A model generated the notes under the pieces. It saw only the letters and a program-made list of their open reading frames with translations. It searched no databases and was not told where the DNA came from. A stretch of DNA of 64,000 bases from Lepidodermella squamata (lineage: Eukaryota > Animalia > Gastrotricha): assembly GCA_047495785.1 (NCBI GenBank), contig JBLDXI010000013.1:4154001-4218000 (forward strand). Reading direction: 5' to 3'. This document shows positions 24,658-37,500 of the stretch, one piece after another (the stretch's first letter is position 1; each line of letters opens with the position of its first letter). Both the position numbers and the translations under genes were made by a program.

Positions 24658-25015
24658 TTAATGGTTGGATTGATTGTTAGCGTATAGATGATGATTTAGG
24701 ATTCTAATTCCATCTTTTAGAACTTGAAGGGCGATTTCCACTGATTTGCTGCTGCTAATGCCGAAATCCTGAAGTAGTTTTACCGCTTCTTTTGTCAGTG
24801 AGCCACGGGCGCCAATGTAGAGGCCGCGTACTTCGACCGAGTCCAGGTCGAAAGCTTCACAAATAAAGTTAGTGCACGGTTCATATATTGAAGGCTTTTC
24901 CAGATCTACAACTGTAAATTGGTCTTCAGTTGACTCGAATCTAATCGTCGGGTCGATAATTAATCCATGTCTACTTCCCTTTTGAACTGCTAAAATGTCG
25001 AATCGTCGCGTTGAA
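24658..25015 (-). mobile_element. 5'-truncated non-LTR retrotransposon, restriction-like endonuclease (RLE) domain
   Basis: RRFDILA...LIIDPTIRFE...EKPSIYEPC...VRGLYIGARG has the RxD..D..K..Y..GARG layout of R2/NeSL-group endonucleases; AATAAA and a (TC)n tract follow downstream. Confidence 0.75.
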
Positions 25016-26274
25016 TTATTCAAAAATTAATTTTGAAAATTTAATTTATTTTCAATGTGCAAAAATTTGGGAAACGCTACAGTAACATTCTGGCGTTTTA
25101 TTTAATTATTATTAAATGCGGTAAAATGAAACTCATTTGGAACACTGACATAGCCTGACGATATTAAAATCCAGAATCTAAATTAAGATGCTTTACACTC
25201 AATTAGCTCAGTAGGTGATGGATTGTAGCTTTGTCCTGATTGGAGTCCTCCGAGCATTCCTCCTTTCATCGGGATAGAAATCAAAGCACAGCATATGGAA
25301 TTTCCGGGAAATCAGGTAGTTCGACCGTGCTTAATCTGATCAGTGTCATTTATCGCTAAAAGAGAGAATGTACGTTAGGCTTTATTCGCAGAATTTCTCT
25401 TCCAAAATGTCTAACCTAGGTTTGCTAGGTATAGGTATATAGCTGAACTTATGCCACATGTTTTTCTTTCGACTCATCTGCAAAGGAGCCATGATTTATT
25501 ACAATAAACATGCTTGAATTCGTCGTATACGAGTCTGATCCAATGGGAGTTTGCGAAGCAAAGACATAACTTAGCCAAGACAAAATATTTTTGCAATTAA
25601 ACACGGTGTGATGATAACCGTTTGATTTCAAAGCCGACGGTACCACGAAAACTCGTCCTATTAATAGCGAAGAGTCCATTCGACCTCTTTGAATTGATTG
25701 ATCTTCAATATTTTGGATTGTTCCGAAGACAGAATCGACTCGATCTCATATTTTCTATCATCACCTGAATATCCTTTTTGGTTTTTCTTTGGATCAGGAA
25801 AGCAAAATGAGAGGCAAAAAATACCGAATGCCATGAGAATGATAATTGAGTATGCAACTTGTCATTTTGAATAATCTATTACTATCTTTATTGGGGGTAT
25901 TAATCTTTCAAAATATGCATCATTAGACTGGAATACCTATTTATCAAAAGAGCTCAAATTGTTAGCACTGCCGTGAACAGTATTTTTCAAGTCAGGATCT
26001 AAAGGGGTTATTAGATACTATAGGTTGCTTTTCAAGTTTTGCAAAGGTTGTCGCTCAACCTCATATTATCAACAAATTGTCGAAAGCACACAACGAAATG
26101 ACGCTCTTCATTGTCACTTGGTTTCAAATTGAACAACCGGATGAAGATTTCGCTTCTCAAAGCTGAATATAATAAAAGCCAACAGTATCAAGTTTAAGCA
26201 AGCAGCGGGGTCGATTCAGGGGTGGAAGCACAAGTATTAATTTTAACATTTTGTTAACTTTGAAAGAAGTTTGA

Positions 26275-28023
26275 TTAACGAATGATCTTGGTGGCCTTAC
26301 ATCTCTCAATGTTATAGCCGTAGATTGGAATAGTATCGAAAGTTTCTGCGTATAAAGGTCCTGTCGCGGGGTCGGTTCCACTAATAATCCCTGCGCAGCA
26401 TTCAGCATAACTTGCATATGCGTAAATTGCTGCAGGTGATGTCACCTATCGTGTGTCATAAAATGTATACTGTCGATTAAATTAACCAGATGATGATAAC
26501 TCACAAATTGACCAGTTACTAACTTGGCCGTAGGCGAAAAATTTGATGCTGTGTGTGGGAATTTGACGCACCAAGCCATAGTACTAGCTTCTTCGCTTAC
26601 AACCTTATACGGCCTTGTATCTTTTGCTCCGATGCAGGCGGTCGTCGGACTACTAGTTGGAATGGTTTCTGTAACGACAAGCGCGGCAGATTGAGCTACG
26701 GCAGCACAGCATCGCTCAAACGTGCTAAAACTGGTCGCAACTATTGCCTATAAATGGGTGTTGTGTTGTGTGTTAAGGTTCATAAGCTGGCAATCGTCAA
26801 TGAATACCTGAACACCGGAGGGGAAAACACTCGTGCATGTAGCTCCGCTGGCAATGCAAAACAGAACATCATATTTCGAAACGCTAACATCACCAGTGGT
26901 CAAATGCATGTCGCATAGTTCAAACGGGCCCGACGACTATAAGGGACGTCAATGATGAAATAAGGAAACACCGTTTGAGTGTGTTTATCAACTATTACCA
27001 CAGGTGGTGGTGGTGGTGGGGCGGCTGATGAGCACTGGCCGCCAATTGGACAAACAGTGCATGTCTCGAGGGTAAGGCCGTATACTGTGGCAGTGCCGAA
27101 ACTTCGAGTATACAACAGCGCTCCGGTCGTGGGATCGGTTCCGCTTATCAATGCCGCGCAGCATTCAGCATAACTAGCAAACGCGTATGACGTACTTCCA
27201 TCAGTTGAAGGCGCCATCACCTGTTGCATGTGTTTTAAATGATGAATGTCGCATGTCGCCAATAAAAATGCTGACGATAACTTACGAAGTTACTATATAG
27301 CCAGATATAGTGAGAAGACGGTGCGGTGTCGGGGAATTTTATGCAATGAGCTTCATCAGAGAAAACACCGGTTTTGCAGGAAATCTTGTACGGCTTTGAT
27401 TCTTTAGCTCCGATGCAGGCGGTTGTCGGGTTACTACCAGGAATGGTTTCTGTAACAAGAAACGTGCCAGGTTGAGCAGCTACGGCAGCACAGCATTGGT
27501 CAAACGTGCTGAAGCTATTACTAGCTAGTGGCTGTAAGTAATGATAGCGCAGTTCGAAGTAGCTTAAGCTAACTGAGGCGCAACGTACCAAAACTCCGTT
27601 AGAGAAAACACTTGCGCATGGAGCACCACTAGCGATGCACAGCCTAACATCCGTTTGCGTAATTCCGGCACCACCCGTGGATGACATTAAGCAGATTTGG
27701 AATGGACCTCCCGATGGCTAATGAACAATGTTACACATATATTATAAGGCGTAATTGCTGTGGCATACCCCAGCGACTGGTGAGCACTGTGAGCCTGAAG
27801 GACACGTTGCTGTATTGCCCGATGTCGGACACGATGGGCAAGAAGTGGAGGAAGGACAAGGCGCACTTGTCACAGTAACAAGAGAAGGACAAGGCGCAGA
27901 TTTCGCCGCGGTACATGAAGGACATGGCGCGCATGTACTCACGCTAGTGCTGGTAGTGGGCGTGGTACAGGAACTAGCCATTGCGAAAAGTGCCGAGAGC
28001 AGGAAAACACTTGCAACCATCAT
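26275..28023 (-). CDS. Secreted cysteine-rich protein of unknown family with an internally duplicated three-exon cassette (7 exons); one apparent frameshift near 27710
   Basis: Signal peptide MMVASVFLLSALFAMASS, CPSC-rich linker, then two copies of GPFxxC..CIASGAxCxSVF / SFSTFxxCCAAVA..TACIGAK..CxKFP / ASYAECC..ISGTDP with introns at equivalent positions. Confidence 0.75.
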
Positions 28024-28063
28024 TTTATTTAGAAACAGGATTCAAAAATTCAACTGAATCGCG

Positions 28064-28076
28064 CCATATATATAAG
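28064..28076 (-). promoter_or_regulatory. TATA-like box upstream of the Cys-rich gene
   Basis: CTTATATATATGG about 45 bp upstream of the ATG at 28023. Confidence 0.45.
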
Positions 28077-28509
28077 CTGTAAGGTTGCATAGAAACGCGT
28101 GATAACAAGCTGTAAGTAGATTTCTTTAGCATAATTACAGGTAATCTGATAGAAAAGATTCTCGTGAAATGGGATTAATTTGTTAGCTATTCACGCTTAC
28201 GACGAGAATTACTATTTTTTGCCAGATTACCATCAGCTGAAGACGATAAGCCGATCTAAACTGCAGCGATAACATCCTCTCAGTCATCATGCCTTAGGAT
28301 GGCGTAGGCATCGCAATTCCCTTAACATCCTCTCCGACAAGACTTAAGGAAACAACAACTGAACTCTTGAATATCTCATAAATTACTTTATTTGAATTGA
28401 TGTTCTTATATCACAGTCTCGCGTGGGCATTAAATAGAGCTAAATTATCACAGTAAACGAATAAAATATTTCAGAAAATAATGGGAGATCATCTTTTGAT
28501 TGGCGTAGA

Positions 28510-31500
28510 TCAGTCAGTGTTTAGCGTCAGCGCGACGCCCTGCAACACCCAATGCGACGAATGCTCGGTCGTGAACAGGTCCGCATCGAACACCCAACCG
28601 ACACCCATCGCATTACGACGCATCGACGTCACGTAAACAGGCGTCCGCAGCGTGTTTTGCAGCTTCAACTTGTGCGATTCAACTGGGATAATTTTGATAA
28701 CAGGCATTGGTTGAATCAGCTGTTTAGGCTTCTGGCGAATCAAGCAATTCTTCGCCACGTCCCAATCAGCGCCTTCGAGGAAAAGGCCGTGCACGAAGCA
28801 ACCCTGGTGAGCTCGCTCGGTCACATCGTCAGGTTCCGGATATTGCGTAACACTTGTATACAACGTCGATTTATCCAGCGGCCAGCCGTTTTTACGGCAG
28901 GTCGCTTGAACCAAAGCGGTTAGATAGGATTCCGGGATGTGAAGTCCCGACAGCCACATGACGTTCGGCTCGCCCTGGTCCACCCAACGCTTGTAAAGGT
29001 CGAATCGAGATCTGAAGTGCAGAATCCAGTTTCCGAGCGATTTCAACGTGGCTGGGGCTAAACGGCGCCAGGCGTCGGGCAGCATGCCGTTGTAGAGTGA
29101 TCGGGAAATCTCGTCCAGCTCAGCGCTCATGCCGACCTCGCCGGCCAGGGCGCGTTTCAGGGTGATCAGCGAGCGGCGCATCGAAGAAATCAGGCGGTTG
29201 AATCGCTCGAGTTCTTGCAGCAGTACGATTGTCGTTGGCGTGATGTCGAGGCCGTACTTTTTACGCAGTTGTAGCACGTCGAATTCGGCTGGGATCTTTT
29301 CGAGAATGTCACTGGCAGTCTTGGCAATGACGTCGTCTCGGGACATTCCACCGCCAACACCCTCACCTGGAAGGAGAAACAAAAATTTGAAAAAAATAAT
29401 TAAAATTCAAGAATTACATGAAAATTGAATATTTTAAGATTCTCAATTTCAAGAGAGCAATTTTATTTTTTCAATTAAAAAATCCTGCATGAATTAAAAA
29501 ATCGTTTTTCCATAATTTTTTGAAATTTTTGAATTTGAATATTTTTTTGGACATTTCAAAACCTCATCACACAAAATTCAGATCTCGCGAGCTCCGAAGA
29601 TTCTGCTTCGGGGAATTCAGAACAAAACTCTCAAATTTGATTAAATTTTGGGCGCACAGTCAAAGCTAAAACTCGAGTAAATTTACCACTCTGGGGCTGC
29701 AATTCGATGAGATTGAGCCAAATATCACGAGCTGCTTGAGTGTAATAGCCGATTTCGGCATTCGGATGCAATCCAAATACTTCAGGCGTGTTGGTCAGCG
29801 GCAGGGTTTCGATGTAATCTGAAAAATGGGACAACGAAATTAATAAAAAATTAAAGTCACGAGACATTCAACAAGACTGTAACACGAAAATTATCGAACA
29901 ACATGATCACAACTATGACTTGAAAATCAATTCAAGAATACAACACAAATGCTTACCAAGAAATTGAGTAGCTAGATAAATTCAATTATTTTTCATTAGA
30001 CACCGATGGTTTGAATTGGAAACCTAATTTCTAGATATATAATCGGTTGAAAAAAACTTACTCAGAAATTCGTCCTTCTGCGTGATATCAGGAATGATGT
30101 AATCGACCGAGTGGTCCCGGAAGAAATGGAACGGCTGGAACGTATCGAAAATGAAATCGCCCATGTACTCATCCATATACGTCCGAATAATTCTTCGATC
30201 AAAGTCGTCGATAACACGACCTCCATACATGACTAATAAAAATTGAATTTTTTTACAATTTTCCAGTATTTTAATTTGTATTTTTTCCATACCTTCGCCG
30301 ATGAGATATTTCAAGCTGGCCCACGGAATTCTCGCCTCCTTGCCGTCAATGCTCTTGCTGAGATAGGTCTTGAGGATGTTGGTACAAACTCGGAAATCCG
30401 ACTCGTTGAAGTCATACGACACATTCCACCCGATTTTGCCGTATTTACGCCGTTCGAGTACAACAGCATGGAAAAACGCAAGGACATAAACCAGCGGGAC
30501 AAAGTTCGAGTTTTCACACTCCTGCAACGCAGAGGCTGGCAGTTTGAAGTAAATTGATCGCAAATTCATCTTCAACCCATTCGGCGGCTCTGTTACGACC
30601 TTGAGCGATCGCTGCAAAATACCGATCGGGAAACTCGGGGTCGGATCGGTTGTCAGCCACAGCCTAAAATCTGGATGTGGCTTATTCAGTCTTTCTAGCT
30701 CCTTTTCCAATTCTCGAAGCCAGCGAGATAGCAAATGGCAGTTCTGAAGCATTAGCCAGTATCCGCGAGAAACAGATTGTTCATATAATTGCATGGCTAG
30801 TGCCTCCTGGCCTTGACCCATTGATAGATATTTAAGCTGGATCGCATTCCCGGGGCGATTTTCGTTGATTTTATCGACGAGTTTCATCAAATCAGACGCC
30901 GGGTCTGAGCCGGGGCTTAGAATGAAAACGATCGGGCTCATCGTTGTCGATTGATCGTAGACAGCATCGAACGTTACAATAGGCGGCATAACGTACTTCT
31001 CACCCATAACATCGGCGACGTATTCAGTAACGGCCTTGTAAATTCGATCGATTCTGAAACATCTTAGCAGCATGAGGCGTTGGAATTTCGATAACGATGT
31101 CTGGTATTGCATGGGCAATTTCAGCGACTCGGGCGAGTCGTGGTCGAACCATTTCTTCCAAACAGCCTCGTTTTGTTCGATATCATCCAAAACCATGCCG
31201 AATTGATCGGGGAAGTTGGTCGATAGCCGGACTAAATCTTCCCAACCCGCGTCTGGGATCCATTTAAACGGCTTACCCCGCGCCGCTTTTTCCACCGAAA
31301 TGTTGCCCTTGATGAAAAAGTCCAACTCGGGCTGGTGAACTTCGCCCCGGTCCAACGCTAATTTTATCGTAATTTGGAACGAATACAGCAATTTATGCTG
31401 CTCGAAAATGCCCGTACAGCCGTAGTTGTAAACATTCATCGTCAACGTGTCCATGATGTTTTTCAACCGTTTTGACAACGACGTGTCTGGGATAGCTTTC

Positions 31501-34500
31501 TTCAACGAATGTTGGAAAACGTCGAGATAACTCGCTAAACTGTACTGGTACATCGAGTTTACAACTGACATATCAGTAAGGACGAAGAACAAAATCGCGC
31601 CTCGCTTCGCAGCTGGGCGATACCCGTCTCGCAATCGATCGATATCCCCCGCAGTTTTCGCGCCTAGCTTCAATTTTTCCGTCACCTCACTCGCCTTTGT
31701 TTTCGTCTCTTCAAGGGTTCGAATTAAATCGATGTTGTCCAACATATTGCCGGTTGTAGTGGCTAATTCTCGAAGGAGCGAGTCTTCAAGGTCTTTTAGC
31801 AATTTTTTGTTGTCACTAGTTTCGAGGATCAACCTTTCACGCTGTTCTTCCAACTCTCGACGCTCGAATTTAACGATGACACTCAACAATTGGTCTTCAA
31901 GACCTTTCAGGGTGACCTGGTAGTTGATAACCATCGCCTTGCCGAAAACAGCTGGGCTGTACTTAGGATTAGGCAGCTTCGTGTTAAGATACAGCCGGAA
32001 ATTCGGATCCCAGTCGACCTCTTTATCGCCGAGGACAACGAATTCTCGACCCTTTTCGCCCTTGAAATTTTTCTCGAGGACGTTATCAATTACAGGGTCG
32101 ATGTACTCATCGACGTCTTTGAACAGGAAGGGTTGGCCGTAGCGAACAGCGTTTTCGAGGAACTTCAGGAAGTAAGGATCGTTGAAGGATGAGATCTTCA
32201 AATTTGCTTTTTCTTCCTTTTTCTTGATCCAGTTCATGGCTTGTTGTTGCGGGTCGATGCAGAGCGGGAATCGGCTGGAACGCGTCGTTAAAATACCGTT
32301 TTGGACTGAGAGTTCATCAGGAGGCAAGCCTTCAGAGTTCCATTTACTGATCTAAATGTAGATGTAAATGTTAATTTTTGTTGCCAAAATGTTAGAATTC
32401 TTTTAAATCTTACCTCCACATCCGAGGTTAGGAGTTCTTCGACTCTGAAAGGTTCAGTTCTTGGGATGTCCAACCTCCGAATATTTTCAAGCCACTCGCC
32501 ATACAACATATCATTTCGGAACTCCCAACTGAAGGGCCCAAGGTAGCTGAGGAAAGAAGCTCCAAGCAGGCAATCACCCAAAAGCCTGACCCGCCTCTTC
32601 TTCAGGCCCTCCAAATCGTTCTGCCAACGAATATTCTCCGAGCCAAGACCTCCGATGAGTTTATCAGCAGCCTTGAGACGGCGCTCCATAATTTCAGTCT
32701 CCTCGGTCAAACGCTGCCGTTCAAGCATAGCCGTTTCGTACTTCTTATTCAATTTATCCAAATCCTGTTCTAGCCGCTCAATTTCAGCGGTTGTTCGCTC
32801 GAGTTTCCGCTTCATATCATTGAAGTTCTTCTCAAGACGCGCCACCTTCTCACGTTTCGGCTTGACCTCTCGAGCCACGTCGCAGTAGCCTAGGACGGCC
32901 TTCACGAATTTGAACAAACCCGCACCGGCCTTTGAAATTTTCTTCATCGCAGCAGCATCAACATCACCCATACGCGCCATGTGTTGCCTGGCCGCTTGCG
33001 TTTGCTTCTGCGTAATGCCGTCGACGTCCATTTCAAGCAGGGTGTTCAAGAAATTACCCTCCGACATCATGCCCTTGGCTGATTTCCACGAAACCTCGCG
33101 AATGCCGCGCAGAATTACGATGCACTCGCAAACAGTTTGCACATCCTCCGGCGGTTTAGCGAACGATCGAATTTCAGTTACGTCGTTCTTATCGAGATCT
33201 TTCAACGCCTCGCGAGCAGCCTCGAGCACAGGCATCGCCTCGGTCAACGCGTCTTCAGCCTCCTTCTTCTCAACCTCGATAATGCCCTTCTGCTCGTCGA
33301 TTTCCTTCGCAGTTTCCTCGGCGGTTTTCTTCTTCTCAGTCGCTTGAGTTGTCGCAGCTGAGATTTCAATCAAAAGCTTCTCACACGCCTCGGTTTTTTC
33401 GGTAACAGCCACCTTTTGAACGGCTAATTTGTCGTTCAAATCTTTCAGCTGGATACTAGCCTCGGCGATTTTCGTCAAACCAGCCGCGAGACGTTCACAT
33501 TGCGCCATCACGAATTTATCCTTCTCATCCAAAACTGTTAGGAAAGTTTTGATAAAGTCGAGATAATGCTTCGGAGTGACGTAGTTAGCTCGACGTAATT
33601 TTTGCTGGAATAACTTGGAATACGTAACCACTGAAGCATGAACTGATACCATGTGTGAAACAACTCCAGCTCGGTGCTCCTCGGGTACAAGAGGGTTATC
33701 TGGGGACACTGAAACATCGGCAACTGCTAGAAGGGCCTGCTCGGGCCATGGGAAGAACCAATCGATAGTCGTATTATTGACCAGACCTGGGAAATTACGG
33801 CAACGGGTTCGTAAGGCGTCTCCGACCGGCGACATAGCCAGGACGATGTGGAGGTTTCCGCAGGCTTTTCGGATGAAATACTGCCAAATTTGCTCGCGAG
33901 CCGTACCAGCGCCGGCCCGGATGGCCTCGTCACGAATCGAGCTGATCAACGCGTCCTTTTCGTCGTCAGGGTATAGGGCAGGGACCATACCTGAGGTCAA
34001 CATGTTGTTGATAAGTTCAAGGAAACCTTCTTCTACAACATGGGCGTCAGTGAACATGAAGGCGATTTTCTTGTTTTCAACCACAAGTTTGTTGTAGAGG
34101 ATTTTCAGGTCGTCTCGGAATGAACTTTCGTTGTAACCGCGGCTTAGCGTGATTTCGAAAATTTCGCACTGAGACGCGAATGCGCCGAGTCGGGTCAGCG
34201 ATTGTTTGCCACTACCGCCGACACCGACCAGCAGCGCGTTGCCTTGGTCCATTCTCAGGGCTCGGACGACTCGGGTTAGATGGTCGAGGGCGTCGTTGAA
34301 CATGACCAGGTTCATGGCTAGGTTCAGCTCGTTGTACTCTTTGAGGATTTCCTCGAATAAGGCCTTGACTGCTTCGTAGGATTGCAGGTCTTCGTAGAGG
34401 CGGGGTTCGCTTTCTTCGAGCGCGTTGCGGTAGTCACCGAACAAAATCGGCTCTTGCATAACGCTCTCCACCCAGCTCCTGAATTTCAATAGAAAAACGT

Positions 34501-37500
34501 AGCGTTTTAGGTATTTTGATCAAAAATATTATCAAAAAGGCAAGTTTTAGAGTCAAATTGCCAATTTGAAAAATGAATGACGGCGAATTTCATGAAGTTT
34601 TGCGAATTTTTCCATTTCGCAGGACTAGGGAAGCTGCTTCCAATAAGCTTTCCAGCGTGATTCTGTTCGAAATTGCAATATTTTAGAAAAAACAGATAGC
34701 TCTTGAAATCTTGATTTGAATATTCTCACACTACATTTCAACTGAGCTATGAATCGCTCACGAGGAAATAGTAAAAAATGGAGTAATTTTAGTGAGTTAG
34801 TGGTTTAGGGCGAAAAAGAGAAACCCGTTGCGCAACAATCGCCCTAAATTGCAAAAACGGTGGCTCGATTGTATGCGGCAGCTGTTGTGCAACAATAGTT
34901 ACATTTTTGAAAATTTCGATGAGATCGAGGCGCCAATTGGCAAAAAAATGGGGTTTCCTCGATATCGATGACGCCAAAAATCGCGAACGATTGGCAAATT
35001 TGGGGTACTGGGTACACCCTAATCGATTTCAAAAATGTTCATTCTGAATTTTCAAGTTTCGAACTTCATCGAATACGCTGGAAAAAAATATAAAATTTAA
35101 ACAAAAAAATGGTTACCGTATTTCATCGAATAATTTTTTTTCCGAACTCGAAAAATATTGAACAAAAATCAGGCAATTATCCGAGAGGGCTTTTATTCGA
35201 GGGAGGCAATTATAAACCCAAAAACGTCATATCATCACTTTAATCAAGCCAATAGATATGAGCATCTTCCAAAAGGCTTGCCAGGTTGAACTATCTAAAC
35301 CGCAGTCAGAAAAGATATTTCTAATCATTTCAGGCCACATGATTTTCCAGGCTTTAACGTATTTTTCAGCCGGCTGGCTATTATTCGAGGCGGGCTATTA
35401 TTAACTTTTGGACCCGGCAATTTCTGTGAATTTATAGGGCTATTATTCGAGTGGGTTATTATTTGAGGTAAAATACTATTCGATGAAATATGGTATCTTA
35501 GATTTTTCAATGGCGTTTTTTAATCAATTTTCTTAATGCCATATTGATTTTAATAAGCTCACTTGTTCGCATTATCAACCAGATCCAAAATGTGCTTATT
35601 GACAATATCCTTGTCCGAATCGACAATCAGACGATCAGAAAAGACTCGAAGGCACTCGTTTCGCCAAACTCGAACAAAACTCTGAACAGTCGGGAATCGC
35701 TCCGGGGTGGTCAAGCACAGCCCAGCATAGACGCGGCTCAAATCACGCAAGTTGAATATGTAGTGAAATTTCGATGGGGTAGGCGGTAAATCGCGCACCA
35801 GCCTGTTGTACAGCTCCATCATCATTTTCGTAAGAACCGAAGTCGTCTGCTGAATATCAGCGTTGAATTTCTGGCAATGTCCAGATAAAATCGAATTGTA
35901 AATGTGGTACAGCGACGTTTCAGACGGGAAAGTCATGTTGAACATGTTGAAAAGGCTCATGAAACGCGGGTCCACCTCGTTACGACCACCGCCGGGTTTA
36001 CCCATACCGCCGACGTAGAACAGATCTTTCAACTGCTTCCAATTCAGATCTTTACCACGATCGTACAAACCACCTCTTTCGACTACCAATTTCAACAAAG
36101 CAATCGGCTGTTGAGTTCCGTAAGTATCGACCTGAGGCATGTTAAGATCGTCGATGAAAATCAGCAGCTTCTTGCCTGGTGGTGGGCCATACGAGTCTTT
36201 GCTTCGCTTTTCAACATTCGCCTCTAAATTTCGCTGGACATCGAGCGAAGTTGTACGACTGCTGAAATTCATCGTCAAAATGATGTTCGCATCCCGGTCG
36301 AGGCCTCGCAGGTATTCTTGAATCGTCGCCGTTTTCGACGTACCAGTATCACCGACTAAAATGATCGGCCGACGTAGATTGACCATCAAATTTAGCAGCC
36401 AAGTCGTGCGGCAGGTGTCAAGGGTCGGGACTAGAATTTCATTGAATTTCCGCCCAGGATCGTGGATGTACTTCGGCACTTTATCAACCCAAGGTATCCA
36501 TTTGTTCTTATCCTGGTCCCAGAAGTAGTCGTAGAGCAACCCAGTGCCAGGTAACTCGCCACAGCCGGCTAGTTTATCCTCAGGGGCAGATTGCATCGAG
36601 GCTAAATAGCGAACGAATTCGTCGAATTTAACCCGCCCTTCTTCAAGGAGCAGCGACCCGCAAGACCATGTAAGAGCCTGCAGGAAAACGGCCTCGGCAA
36701 TGTCGGTTTCGATGTAGTCACCCTTGTAAAGCAACCCATCCAACATATAGCACAACTGCGAGACCATGTTGAGATTTGTCTGGAAAACCATGGTTTTCAG
36801 GCGTTCCTGTTGCTTCCCGCCAACAACGCCCTCCAAAATCATGTCAACACACTGCGGGACGTATTTTTCGAACAAACTCTTCAGGACACCCTGTTCAGTC
36901 GCGTTGGAACGGGTGATGATCCATCGGTCCCAGTACGGCCGGTAGCCCAAGTTTTTCGGGTCGACGAAGACCATGCCGCATCGCGAGACAGTAGCCGGCG
37001 AAGCGTATTGCAAATCGCCAACTTCAAACAAAAGGGCGCAGTGTTTTTGCAGACGAATTCGCTCGCCGTTAGCCAGGGTCAACAGCTTATTGTCATCCAT
37101 TACAGAGTTCATGTTCTCAACCCACACAGCATCGACATCACCGTCGAATAACAGGTAACGCCTTTCGTTTTTCTCAGTCGGCTTGTTGATTTCACGGTAG
37201 ATGTTCGAAAGCAGACCGTCAGTCCAATCACGAGTTGCCGGGTCTAAAACACCGTATAACTCGACAACAGGCCGATCTTTCGGGTTGATGACGTATAACT
37301 TCGTCGCAATTCCCATTCGAGTTTGGGCCTGGACTAACGTGTTGATAACCACTGATTTACCACCACAAGTCGGGCCGACAATCATAGTTGTGTGACGAGT
37401 TAGCATTGTTTCATACATCTGAATTACCTTATCGACCTGTTGCGGCAGTAGGATGTACTTATTATCGGCTAGAACACCCTCGACCTGGTCGTTAAGCTCA

